DNA of 64,000 nt from Longimicrobiales bacterium (GTDB lineage: Bacteria; Gemmatimonadota; Gemmatimonadetes; Longimicrobiales; Gaopeijiaceae), in assembly GCA_965116905.1 (NCBI GenBank), contig OZ220732.1, positions 1,888,001 through 1,952,000 on the forward strand, given 5' to 3'. The position numbers and the translations under genes are program-made. The notes beneath the pieces were generated by a model that had not been told where the DNA came from, made no database searches, and worked only from the letters and a program-made list of their open reading frames with translations. Below are positions 10,294-18,803 of this stretch, one piece after another. Position 1 is the first letter of the stretch, and each line of letters starts with the position of its first letter.

Positions 10294-12693
10294 TCACTGC
10301 GTGTTGACCTCGAGCGGCCGGTGCGACTGGGCCTGCTCGGCGAGCACGTTGACGATCATGTCCGGGACCACCGGAATGCGGTTGAAATAGTGGCCGCCCA
10401 GGGCGTCGGAGATGGCGCACAGCAGCGCGGCCGCGGAGCACCCCATCAGGGGCTCGCCGACGCCCTTTGCGCCCACCGGGTTCTGGGGGTCGGCGATGTC
10501 GGTGGCGGCCCAGTCGAGGTGGGACGGCACGTCGAGGTAGGACGGCGGCTTGGCCTGGTGGAAGCCGATGTTTCCGGCCACCCCGTAGCGCCGGTCGTAG
10601 ACGTGACGCTCGAGCGCCGCCATCCCGAAGCCCATCACCGCGCCGCCCTTGACCTGGGCCGCGAGGCCCTGCGGGTGCACGACGGTGCCGCAGTCGGCGA
10701 CGCCGAGGTAGTCGACGATCTCTACGGCGCCGGTTTCGACGTCGAGTTCGATCTCGATGAATCCGGCGGCGAGCGCGGGAACGGTGCCATCGCGGGGCAG
10801 GTTGTCGCGCGCGACGCCGATCAGGCCGCTTCCCGCCAGGTTCGCGACCGCCGCCGTGGTGACCGGGTTGAGGTCGTCGGGGACCTCGTGCCCGGCGAAG
10901 CGCCCTCCCAGGCGGATCGCCTGCTGGGCCGCCCGCGCATAGCTGATCCGTCGCGACGGGTTGGCGCGCGCGAAGACGGCCTCGTCGCCGATGTCGTAGT
11001 CCCCGGAAGAACCGCCCAGCTCCATCGCCGCGATCGCCTTCAGCTTCTCGACCGCGTCGGCCGCCGCCACGTAAGCCGCCCGGGTCATGGTAAAGGTCGT
11101 GTTGCTCCCGACCTGCGGGCTGGCCGACGCCAGATTACGCGACGAATCCCCGCGCACAATCACGCAGTTCTCCCAGTCGTACCCCAGCACCTCCGCGGCC
11201 GCGCGCGAGACCGCCGCATACGAGTACGTGCCGAGGTTCCCCACCCCGCAGTGGATGTGCAGCTTGCCGTCGGGCGTGATCCGCACGAGTCCATCCTGTC
11301 CGCTCATCCCGGCCGAATGAAAGGCCTGGCCCACCGCGACGCCAGTCACCTTCGAACCGCGCCGTACTCTGCCGCGGGCCAGCCGCTCGTCCCATCCGAA
11401 CCTGCGGGCGCCCATGTCGAGCGCTTCCCGCAGGTGCGCGCTTGTGACCGGACCCTGGTTGCCGCCGTAGCGCGAATCACTGTCGGGCGCGTTGATGCTG
11501 CGGATCTCGACCCGGTCAATGCCGAGCCGGGCCGCCGCCTTGTCGAGGATCGGCTCGACCGCGCAGGCGATCTGGTTCTGGCCCGGACCGCGCTGCGCCC
11601 CCCGCGCGGGGGTGTTGGTGAGCACCGGGATCCCGCGGAAGCGCATGGCAAGGGGGGTATAGACGATGGAGATGGCGCCGGCCGCGCTGCCGAGGTCGCC
11701 GAACCCGCTGTTGGGACCGTTTTCCTGCACGATGAAAAGGTCCGCCGCCGTGATCCGGCCGTCATCCCTGAACCCCATGCGGATCCGTCCCTGGAAGCCC
11801 GCCCGGGCCGACCCGATCGCGTATTCCTCCGCCCGGCTGATGCGCATCATGACGGGACGCCCAGTCTTCCTGGCCATGTGCGCAGGTATCGACATGACCG
11901 GGTACGCGCTGCCCTTCGACCCGAAACCGCCGCCGCAGAACTCGGCCACGAAGACCAGGTCGTCCGGGTCGATCCCGATGTAGCGGGCCAGGCTGCCCAG
12001 CGTCGCGCTCTGGCTCTGGCTCGACCCGAAGACGTGACACTTCCCGTTCTGCCAGTACGCCATGGCCGAGCGCGGCTCCATGGAGTGGTGCGAGGTGCCC
12101 GCCGTGACGAAGCTCTCGTCGAGCACGACCGCCGCATCCCGGAAGCCGACCTCGAGGTCCCCGTAGGACCACTCGTTGTTGACCTCCCCCATCGGCAGCT
12201 CGCCCTCGCCCGCGTCCTCGAAGTCGGCGTCGGTCCACTTGATCTCGGAGACGCCCTCGCGGCGCACCACCGTGTTGCCGTCCAGGCGGGCGTTGGGGCC
12301 GTCCGGACGCAGGCTCTCGAGCGGGTCGAGCACGAACGGGAGCGGCTCGAGGTCCAGCCTGACCTTCCTGATCGCGTCCTGCGCCGTGGTTTCGTCGACC
12401 GCGGCCAGCGCGGCGACGGGCTCGCCCACGAAGTGGGGCGTGTTCGTGAGGATGGGGTTGCCAGGCGCGGGGATTTCGGGCACGTCGTCGGCGGTGAGGA
12501 TCGCGACCACGCCCTCCATCGCGAGCGCCTCCGAGGCGTCGATGCCGCGGACGCGCGCGCGCGGCATGGGGCTCGTGATGAGGCGGCAGAAGAGCATCCC
12601 GTCGGCGCGGAAGTCTTCGGCGTACCTGGCGCGTCCGGTGACCTTCGCGATCACGTCCGGGGGCGTGAAGTCCCTGCCGATCAGTTCAGGCAT
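10294..12693 (-). CDS. Xanthine dehydrogenase-family molybdopterin-binding subunit
   Basis: AKVTGRARYAED, HHSMEPR, CGGGFGSK, AQRGPG, GAKGVGEP motifs. Confidence 0.92.
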   Translation of the reverse strand: MPELIGRDFTPPDVIAKVTGRARYAEDFRADGMLFCRLITSPMPRARVRGIDASEALAMEGVVAILTADDVPEIPAPGNPILTNTPHFVGEPVAALAAVDETTAQDAIRKVRLDLEPLPFVLDPLESLRPDGPNARLDGNTVVRREGVSEIKWTDADFEDAGEGELPMGEVNNEWSYGDLEVGFRDAAVVLDESFVTAGTSHHSMEPRSAMAYWQNGKCHVFGSSQSQSATLGSLARYIGIDPDDLVFVAEFCGGGFGSKGSAYPVMSIPAHMARKTGRPVMMRISRAEEYAIGSARAGFQGRIRMGFRDDGRITAADLFIVQENGPNSGFGDLGSAAGAISIVYTPLAMRFRGIPVLTNTPARGAQRGPGQNQIACAVEPILDKAAARLGIDRVEIRSINAPDSDSRYGGNQGPVTSAHLREALDMGARRFGWDERLARGRVRRGSKVTGVAVGQAFHSAGMSGQDGLVRITPDGKLHIHCGVGNLGTYSYAAVSRAAAEVLGYDWENCVIVRGDSSRNLASASPQVGSNTTFTMTRAAYVAAADAVEKLKAIAAMELGGSSGDYDIGDEAVFARANPSRRISYARAAQQAIRLGGRFAGHEVPDDLNPVTTAAVANLAGSGLIGVARDNLPRDGTVPALAAGFIEIELDVETGAVEIVDYLGVADCGTVVHPQGLAAQVKGGAVMGFGMAALERHVYDRRYGVAGNIGFHQAKPPSYLDVPSHLDWAATDIADPQNPVGAKGVGEPLMGCSAAALLCAISDALGGHYFNRIPVVPDMIVNVLAEQAQSHRPLEVNTQ

Positions 12694-13333
12694 GCGAGAC
12701 CTCCGGGGTAGCGGTCGACCCCGTGCGCGCTGCGCGCATGACTCCGTTCAGGTAGTGGTCGTAGGCTCCGCAGCGGCAGAGGTTGCCGGACATCGCGCGG
12801 CGGGCCTCGTCACGCGTGGGATTCGGGTTGGCGCGGAGCAGCGCCGCGGCCGCCATCACCTGCCCCGGCGTGCAGAATCCGCACTGCGGCCCCAGCTCGT
12901 CGATGAAGGCGCGCTGAACGGGGTGCAACTCGCCGCCGGGGCCCTCCAGTCCCTCGACCGTCGTGACCTCGCGGCCCCGCACCCGGTGCGTGAGCGTCGA
13001 GCAGGCATAGTGCGCCACACCGTCGATCATGACCGTGCAGGCTCCGCACTCGGCACGGTCGCAGCCGAGCTTCGTGCCCGTCAGGCCGAGCTTGTAGCGC
13101 AGCGTCATGGCGAGCGTCTCCTGCGGGAGGACGTCGACGCGGCGCGTGCGTCCGTTCACCTGGAGCGAGATCAGCCGGCCGACCGATCCTCGCGCGGCTC
13201 CCTGGGGCCGTGCCGCGGCCGGCGCGGAGAACCACGACATCGCCGACACCGAGGCGCTGGTCGCGATCACGCTCTTGATGAAACTGCGGCGCGACACATG
13301 GCCGCGTCCCGCCAGCGGCTGGCTCTCGTTCAT
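12686..13333 (-). CDS. (2Fe-2S)-binding subunit with Tat signal (PaoA-like)
   Basis: Start at MNESQ (ATG 13333); SRRSFIK twin-arginine motif; GTKLGCDRAECGACTV, QCGFCTPG, GNLCRCGAY. Confidence 0.9.
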   Translation of the reverse strand: MNESQPLAGRGHVSRRSFIKSVIATSASVSAMSWFSAPAAARPQGAARGSVGRLISLQVNGRTRRVDVLPQETLAMTLRYKLGLTGTKLGCDRAECGACTVMIDGVAHYACSTLTHRVRGREVTTVEGLEGPGGELHPVQRAFIDELGPQCGFCTPGQVMAAAALLRANPNPTRDEARRAMSGNLCRCGAYDHYLNGVMRAARTGSTATPEVSHA

Positions 13334-13448
13334 CCTGTGGATCCCCTTCCCGGAGCGCGGTTCGGGCTGCCCCTTGATGGTACGCGACGGCCGATTCGCG
13401 TACAACCGCGGCGGAACCGGGTCCCCGGCGGCGGTTCGCCCGCGCCGG

Positions 13449-14816
13449 CTACCGGCGAAAGCTCCTGATCTCGACCGCGACGGGCCCGCCCGCCGAAGCG
13501 ATGCTGTCCGCCAGCGCGAAGGTCCCCGGCTCGTAGCGGAAGATCTGTGGCGGCAGGCCCTGCCGGACGCTCCCGAAGAAGGTCTGGTAGAGCGATCCGT
13601 CTGCGGCCGTGTGCGCGGCAAAGGCACCCCGGCATCCGCCGCCCTCCAGGGGCGCGCAGATCGGGGCGGTGGCGTCCCGCACGAACGCCCCGGCGGCCGT
13701 GTTCCAGGCGACCGTGCCCGTAAAGAACGCCGACGCGAAGAGCATCCCGTCCCGGGAGACGTGCACGTGCCCCGAGCCCGCGGGGAATCCGCCGGCCAGG
13801 CCGACCCGCTCCAGGGTCGACGGATCGATGATCGCCAGCGTCGATGGAGAGACGTAGTCGCCCGTGTTCATCACATAGAGCATGCCATCGGGTCCGACAG
13901 CGCCCAGCTGCGGATTGGTGCCCCCGGTCCCGATTTCGGCGGTCACGGTCATGGTGCGCGGGTCGAGCACGGTCACGACCCCGTTGCCGGCAGGGGCGTA
14001 GCTGTCGTCCAGGTTCGCCGAGATCACGAAGGCCAGCGAGTCGGAGAACGGCACGATGCCCGTGGGGAACTGGGTCACCGAAAGCAGATCGGTGATCCTG
14101 TCGCCGTCCTGGCCGAGCATGAACCTGCCCACCTCGTCGGTTTCCTGGTTGGCCACGAGCACCGTCCGGTCGTCCACGAAGGCCGAGCCGGTGGCGTTGC
14201 CGGACTCGAAGAGGAAGAACGACGCGATCTGCCGGCTGCGAAGATCGATCGTGGCCACCGAGGCCGCGTTGCCAAGGGGCACGACCGCGGTCTCTCCGCG
14301 GATGCTGATCCCCGTGGCCGTCACGGCGCTCGATGCGCCCAGCGCGATATCGTGCCGCTCGTCCGGGTCCCCCACCCGGAAGAGCCGCACCGCGTTGGCA
14401 AGCGAATGCACGACGATCCCGATCTGCGGATCCGCCACGGTCCCGTCGAGAAACTCCAGTTCCTCGACCAGCAGCGAGACGGCGGCGTCGCCCGTGTTGC
14501 CGTCCGAGTCCGTCGCGGTGAGCGTGATCGTATGGACGCCCGTCGACGGCAGGGTCAGGTCCAGTGACGCGCCGGTGCCGAGGGCGCCGTCGATCGAGCT
14601 CGACCAGGCCAGGGCCGCGGCCGCGAGCGGACCATCCTGCGGGTCCGTGGCGCTGCCGGCCAGCTGCACGGGCAAGCCTTCCGTGAGAGTGAGTCCGGAC
14701 GCCGGCGAGGTGATGACGGCGGTCGGGCTGTTGGGCCCGGTGGGCGTTTCCTCGCTACAGCCGGCCAGGCCGACGAGGGCGATGAGGATGGTGGGGCGGA
14801 GGGCGGTGTGCGTCAT
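13449..14816 (-). CDS. Lipoprotein with PKD/Ig-like domain and YVTN/YncE-type beta-propeller; putative BtuG-like surface cobalamin-binding protein
   Basis: Start MTHTALR (ATG 14816); lipobox LAGC; Ig/PKD domain (TAVITSPA...HTITLTATDSDG); propeller repeats (VTVLDPRTMTVTAEIGTGGTNP); immediately downstream of the riboswitch-controlled TBDR. Confidence 0.65.
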   Translation of the reverse strand: MTHTALRPTILIALVGLAGCSEETPTGPNSPTAVITSPASGLTLTEGLPVQLAGSATDPQDGPLAAAALAWSSSIDGALGTGASLDLTLPSTGVHTITLTATDSDGNTGDAAVSLLVEELEFLDGTVADPQIGIVVHSLANAVRLFRVGDPDERHDIALGASSAVTATGISIRGETAVVPLGNAASVATIDLRSRQIASFFLFESGNATGSAFVDDRTVLVANQETDEVGRFMLGQDGDRITDLLSVTQFPTGIVPFSDSLAFVISANLDDSYAPAGNGVVTVLDPRTMTVTAEIGTGGTNPQLGAVGPDGMLYVMNTGDYVSPSTLAIIDPSTLERVGLAGGFPAGSGHVHVSRDGMLFASAFFTGTVAWNTAAGAFVRDATAPICAPLEGGGCRGAFAAHTAADGSLYQTFFGSVRQGLPPQIFRYEPGTFALADSIASAGGPVAVEIRSFRR

Positions 14817-14880
14817 GAGGTCTCTGTCCTTTGTGCAGTGAGGGTGCGGATGTGTGCGTCGGGATGGGGGGATGCCACGT

Positions 14881-17172
14881 TCATCGCCCGGCTCCGAGGC
14901 GCAGTCGGATCGACCAGCCACGGCCCGGCAGGGGGTAGTCGACGAGGAGCGCGGCCCGCTCGTCGAGGATGTTGTTCACGGCGAGGTCGAGCCGCCCGGA
15001 TGCCTTTCCGAACGCGACGGGAATGGCGATCCCGGCGTCCAGCAGGGTGTAGCCCTCCAGCGCGTTCAACTCCGATCCGGGCACGGTGCGCCGTTCTCCC
15101 ACGTGTGTGGCCGCGGGCGCCAGCGTGACGCCGCCGGGGAGCGCAATCCCGAGCGAGAGGTCCGCGGTGAAGCGGGGTCGGTACGCGACCTGGCCGTCGA
15201 GCACGGGTCCGGTGTACTCGACCTCCGACCAGGCGGCGTTCGCGGCGACGGAATGCGCCAACTCGCCCGTGGCCAGCTCGGCGGTGGCCAGCTCGGCGGT
15301 CGCACCGAGCTCGAGACCCCGGCGCATCACGTCGTAGTTGTCGGGACTCCACACGAAGCGGTGGTCGGGGAACCACAGGATCATGTCGTCCAGGTCGGCC
15401 CGGTAGGCGGTTCCGCGCACCTGTCCCGCGGCGCGGCCCAGCGACCACGCGTGCGACATGGAGACGGCGAGTTCCCCGCGAATCCGTTCCGGCCCGAGGT
15501 CCGGGTTGGGCTCGACAAGCACGCCCTCCCGGAAGAACAGGTCGCCGAGTCCGGGTGGCGAGAAGCCGCGTCCCCAGCGCAGGTCCAGGGTGAGGCCGGC
15601 GCGGTTCAGGATGGCGTCGACGGTGGGCGACAAGGTGGTGCCGGCGACGAGATCGTGGCGGTCCGCGCGGACGGCGGCGCCGAGGTCGAGGCGGACGCCG
15701 TGCCCGGGGTTCCAGCTGCGCCCGGCCCGCGCCCACGCCCCGAACTCGCCGGGGTTGACACGCGAAGACGCGAGCGCATCGGAGGCGATGTCGAGCCGGG
15801 CGGCGTGGAGGCCGGCCCGCAACGAGGGCGCCCCCCGCCGCCACCAGCCTTCCAGCGCGATTTCGGCGCGGCGCACACGGGTTCGATTGTCGTAGGGGCG
15901 GCCGAAGGGGGGCGCCGGGTCGGCGAACCGGGCGCGCTGCCACTGGACTGCGGTGCGGACCGTGCCGCCCAGGCCGGAGTCGCCCGGCTGGACTCGTGCG
16001 CTGACGCCCCAGCGCCGATGGTGCTGGTGACCGGTCAGCGACGGTTGCGCGATCGTTCCCGGGCTGCCGCGCTCGGCGTCGCTCACATGGGCGTGCAGTG
16101 ACGTGTTCAATCCGCCCCGTTGCGTGACGCGAACGTCGCCGCCCGCCTGGCTGAAGGCGGCATTCTCGCGCGTCGTCTCGCCGCCGCCGCGGAAGGCGGG
16201 CACGTCGTAGGTGAAGGCGCCGCCGGAACGCCGCCAGCGTGCGGCCGCGGCCGCCACCCAGGCCCTCCCGAGTGGCCGCGAAACCGATGCCGCGGTCTCG
16301 GCCGAGGACCAGGAGCCTGTGCCGGCAGTAACCGTGGCGCCGGCAAAACCGGCCTCGCGGCTCTCCAGGAGTACGACCCCTCCGAGGGCGCGGGGGCCGT
16401 ACCGCGCCGACTGGGCGCCCGGGATGACGACGATGCGGGCCAGGCCTTCGAGGTCCACGGTGCCGAGGTCCGCCTCTCCCGTCAGGGGCGAGTTGATCGG
16501 CGTGCCGTCGAGGAGGACCAGCACCTGGTCGCCGCCCGAGCCGCGGAGCTGGACGACGGCGGAGGCACCCGGCCCCCCCTGCCGCACGACGGTCGCGCCC
16601 GGGACGCGGTCGAGCGCGGCGGCCAGGTCCGCCACACCGGGAGGCAGGCTCGACGCGTCCACGATGGTCGCGCGGCCCGCCCCCTCACGGGACGCGACCC
16701 GCACATCCAGCCCCGCGAGTCGCACGGGCGCGGGATCGAGCACCACGCTCGCACGCGTCAACCGGCCGTTGGCGGCCTCCACTTCGACCGTGGCTTCCGC
16801 GAAGCCGAGCGCTGAGATCGTCAACGCGTGCCGTCCCGGCGACAGGCCGCGCAGCAGGGCGCCGCCGCCCGGGCCCGTCAGCACGGTGAGGCCCGTGCCC
16901 ATCACGGTAACGGCCGCGCCGGCAACCGGGATCGTCGCGCCCGCGACCGGGATCGTTGCGCCCGCGACCGGGATCGACGCGGCCGCCCTTGCGCCACGGT
17001 CGGCCATCGCTGCGGCGGGCGCCGCACGTACGGTGACGTGAACGGTCGCCGTGACCTGGGAACGCAGCTCCGCCGGGGTGACAAGCGTCGCGGCGGCGAT
17101 TGGCGCTGCGGCGGCGAGCAGCGTTGCGGCTCTTCTCACTTGACCCCGTCTTCTCCAGACGGGGAGAAGCAC
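14881..17172 (-). CDS. btuB: TonB-dependent receptor, cobalamin (BtuB-like)
   Basis: Plug motifs LRGSGGDQVLVLLDG, RIVVIPGAQSARYGPRALGGVV; PNPDLGPE; VNNILDE...PLPGR; downstream of a cobalamin riboswitch. Confidence 0.85.
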   Translation of the reverse strand: MLLPVWRRRGQVRRAATLLAAAAPIAAATLVTPAELRSQVTATVHVTVRAAPAAAMADRGARAAASIPVAGATIPVAGATIPVAGAAVTVMGTGLTVLTGPGGGALLRGLSPGRHALTISALGFAEATVEVEAANGRLTRASVVLDPAPVRLAGLDVRVASREGAGRATIVDASSLPPGVADLAAALDRVPGATVVRQGGPGASAVVQLRGSGGDQVLVLLDGTPINSPLTGEADLGTVDLEGLARIVVIPGAQSARYGPRALGGVVLLESREAGFAGATVTAGTGSWSSAETAASVSRPLGRAWVAAAAARWRRSGGAFTYDVPAFRGGGETTRENAAFSQAGGDVRVTQRGGLNTSLHAHVSDAERGSPGTIAQPSLTGHQHHRRWGVSARVQPGDSGLGGTVRTAVQWQRARFADPAPPFGRPYDNRTRVRRAEIALEGWWRRGAPSLRAGLHAARLDIASDALASSRVNPGEFGAWARAGRSWNPGHGVRLDLGAAVRADRHDLVAGTTLSPTVDAILNRAGLTLDLRWGRGFSPPGLGDLFFREGVLVEPNPDLGPERIRGELAVSMSHAWSLGRAAGQVRGTAYRADLDDMILWFPDHRFVWSPDNYDVMRRGLELGATAELATAELATGELAHSVAANAAWSEVEYTGPVLDGQVAYRPRFTADLSLGIALPGGVTLAPAATHVGERRTVPGSELNALEGYTLLDAGIAIPVAFGKASGRLDLAVNNILDERAALLVDYPLPGRGWSIRLRLGAGR
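16915..16980 (-). repeat. Three in-frame 21-bp tandem repeats encoding IPVAGA(T/A) in the btuB N-terminal domain
   Basis: Protein reads SIPVAGATIPVAGATIPVAGAA; DNA unit is approximately gcgcccgcgaccgggatcgt[c/t]. Confidence 0.85.
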
Positions 17173-17204
17173 GGCCTGCCCGCGCCGTAGCGCAGACCAG
17201 GAAC

Positions 17205-17400
17205 CCCGCCCTCCCTCGAGGGTGATGGTCGATACGACGGAGGAGAGGTCTCCTGGCTTGGGACGGACCCGCTCGCCTTCCCGGGCATCGCTGCCCAGTG
17301 GCCTCGTTGAGCGGGCCCCTACGGAACCGGAGTCCCGTGTCCCTTACAGTGGCGGGGCCGCGCCGGCATTTCACCGGACTTCCGAGCGCCCCTCCGTCTG
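17205..17400 (-). ncRNA. Cobalamin riboswitch upstream of btuB
   Basis: Minus strand: P1 gacggagggg/ctcctccgtc; GGAAgtcCGGTGAAATGCCGGcgCGGCCCCGCCACTGTAA; GCCACTGGG...CCCGGGAAGGC; B12 box AAGCCAGGAGACC; downstream ccctcgagggaggg hairpin. Confidence 0.92.
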
Positions 17401-17415
17401 CGAGTTGTGAAGGAA

Positions 17416-17444
17416 TGGGTAGTGACTTCGGCGTCCGCGCGCAA
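17416..17444 (-). promoter_or_regulatory. Candidate sigma70 promoter for the btuB riboswitch transcript (TTGCGC-N17-TACCCA)
   Basis: 17-bp spacing, sits just 5' of riboswitch P1; weak -10 match. Confidence 0.35.
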
Positions 17445-17485
17445 CGGACCGGGGCCTCTGCGCGTAGCGGACGGGGGCCTCTGCG
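17440..17485. repeat. Two 23-bp direct repeats in the divergent B12 promoter region
   Basis: cgcaacggaccggggcctctgcg / cgtagcggacgggggcctctgcg, followed by partial agcaacgga. Confidence 0.75.
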
Positions 17486-17510
17486 AGCAACGGAGGCGCG
17501 GGCGCCAGGG

Positions 17511-17539
17511 TTGCTGTACCGCCCCGATCAGATTATCGT
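17511..17539 (+). promoter_or_regulatory. Candidate sigma70 promoter for the btuF-cob operon (TTGCTG-N17-TATCGT)
   Basis: 17-bp spacing; implied TSS near 17546, just before riboswitch P1 at 17552. Confidence 0.5.
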
Positions 17540-17549
17540 GGCGCGCTGT

Positions 17550-17810
17550 AGCGAGGGGGCCACCGGAAGTCGGTCGGAAGCCGACGCGGCCCCGCCACTG
17601 TAGGAGGCCCGGATCCCGCACCGGATCCGGATTGACGCGCTCGACAGCCACTGGGTTTCCGCCGCGGGTCTGGATTGCCGCGGGCGGATCCTGCGGATCG
17701 CCGCGGATTCCCGCCGCGGACCTCCGCTCCCCCGGGAAGGCGAGCGCCGTCGCCTCGAGCCAGGAGACGCGGCCCCCTCGGCCAAGCACCAACCTTCGAG
17801 GGAGGGGAGC
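17550..17810 (+). ncRNA. Cobalamin riboswitch upstream of the btuF-cob operon
   Basis: P1 cgagggggcc/ggccccctcg; GGAAgtcggtcggaagccgac; GCGGCCCCGCCACTGTA; GCCACTGGG...CCCGGGAAGGC; B12 box GAGCCAGGAGAC; hairpin accttcgagggagggg overlapping the RBS. Confidence 0.9.
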
Positions 17811-17812
17811 CG

Positions 17813-18760
17813 GTGTACATCGATGTCGAAACCCGAGCCGCTCGGATCGGCCAGGGTCCCCGCGGAATCCGGCGGCCCGCCCGCCTCGTTCTCACGGCCG
17901 TCCTCCCCTTGCTCGCCGCCTGTGCGCCAGTCGACGGTGCAAGGCCGTCGGCGCTTGCCGTCGCGGACGACACCGGGCGCACCGTGTCGCTGTCCGCACC
18001 CGCCGGGCGCGTCTTCTCCGTCATCCCGTCGCTCACCGAATCGGTCACGGCGCTCGACCCGACCGTTCTCATCGCCCGTACGCGTTTCGACCGGGCACCG
18101 GAACTGGCGCACCTTCCTTCCCTGGGTGACGCCATCCGCCCGAACCTCGAGGCATTGGTGCGGCTGGCACCCGATCTCGTCATCAGCTGGGACGATCCGG
18201 ACCAGCGCACCTTCGCCGACCAGGTCGCGGCGATGGGCATACCGGTCTATCGGGCCAACGTGCAGACGATCGCCGACGTGCGCAGCCACTTGCGGCGTCT
18301 GGGCGTCCTGCTGGGCCGCGGCGACAGGGCCGAAGCGCTGGTGGACTCGCTGGATCAGGCGCTCGCCCGCGTAGCTGCGGCGGTCCACGGGCGTGACCGC
18401 GTGGCCGTCTACTATTCCGTCTGGCACGACCCGCCGCAGACCACCGGGCCCGGTACCTTCATCGACGAGGTCATCGAGTACGCCGGAGGCAGGAACGTGT
18501 TCGGCGATGCCTCGAACGCCTGGCCGCTGGTGTCCCTCGAGGCGATCCTGCAGCGCAACCCGGACGCCCTGGTGATTGCTCGCCATACGGAGGACCAGCC
18601 TGCCGCGCCCTGGCTCGACCGACCCGGTTGGCGGGAACTGGAAGCCGTCCGGACCCGGCGCTACCTGGTGGTGGAGGGGGACCTGTTCAATCGCCCGGGC
18701 CCGCGCGTGGCCGAAGCGGCGTTGCAACTAGCCCGCTTTCTGCACTTCGAGTCCAAATGA
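17813..18760 (+). CDS. btuF: Cobalamin-binding periplasmic lipoprotein (BtuF-like)
   Basis: GTG after gggagggga; lipobox LAAC; DDTGRTV...RVFSVIPSLTE, PNLEALVRLAPDLVI, AGGRNVF, VSLEAILQRNPD, LFNRPGPR. Confidence 0.88.
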   Translation: MYIDVETRAARIGQGPRGIRRPARLVLTAVLPLLAACAPVDGARPSALAVADDTGRTVSLSAPAGRVFSVIPSLTESVTALDPTVLIARTRFDRAPELAHLPSLGDAIRPNLEALVRLAPDLVISWDDPDQRTFADQVAAMGIPVYRANVQTIADVRSHLRRLGVLLGRGDRAEALVDSLDQALARVAAAVHGRDRVAVYYSVWHDPPQTTGPGTFIDEVIEYAGGRNVFGDASNAWPLVSLEAILQRNPDALVIARHTEDQPAAPWLDRPGWRELEAVRTRRYLVVEGDLFNRPGPRVAEAALQLARFLHFESK

Positions 18761-18803
18761 CCGCAATAGTCCCCGATTCGATCACTCCCGGAGGATCACC
18801 GCG

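Noticed and set aside
13334..13627. Long N-terminal extensions in the ORF track (2Fe-2S subunit, btuF from 17675, BNR protein from 29286, acyl-CoA oxidase from 38426, btuD from 22529, rpsL from 39940)
   Set aside because: They overlap neighbouring genes, riboswitches or promoters and are low-complexity Arg/Pro-rich reads. Downstream starts with an RBS, signal peptide or overlap coupling fit better.
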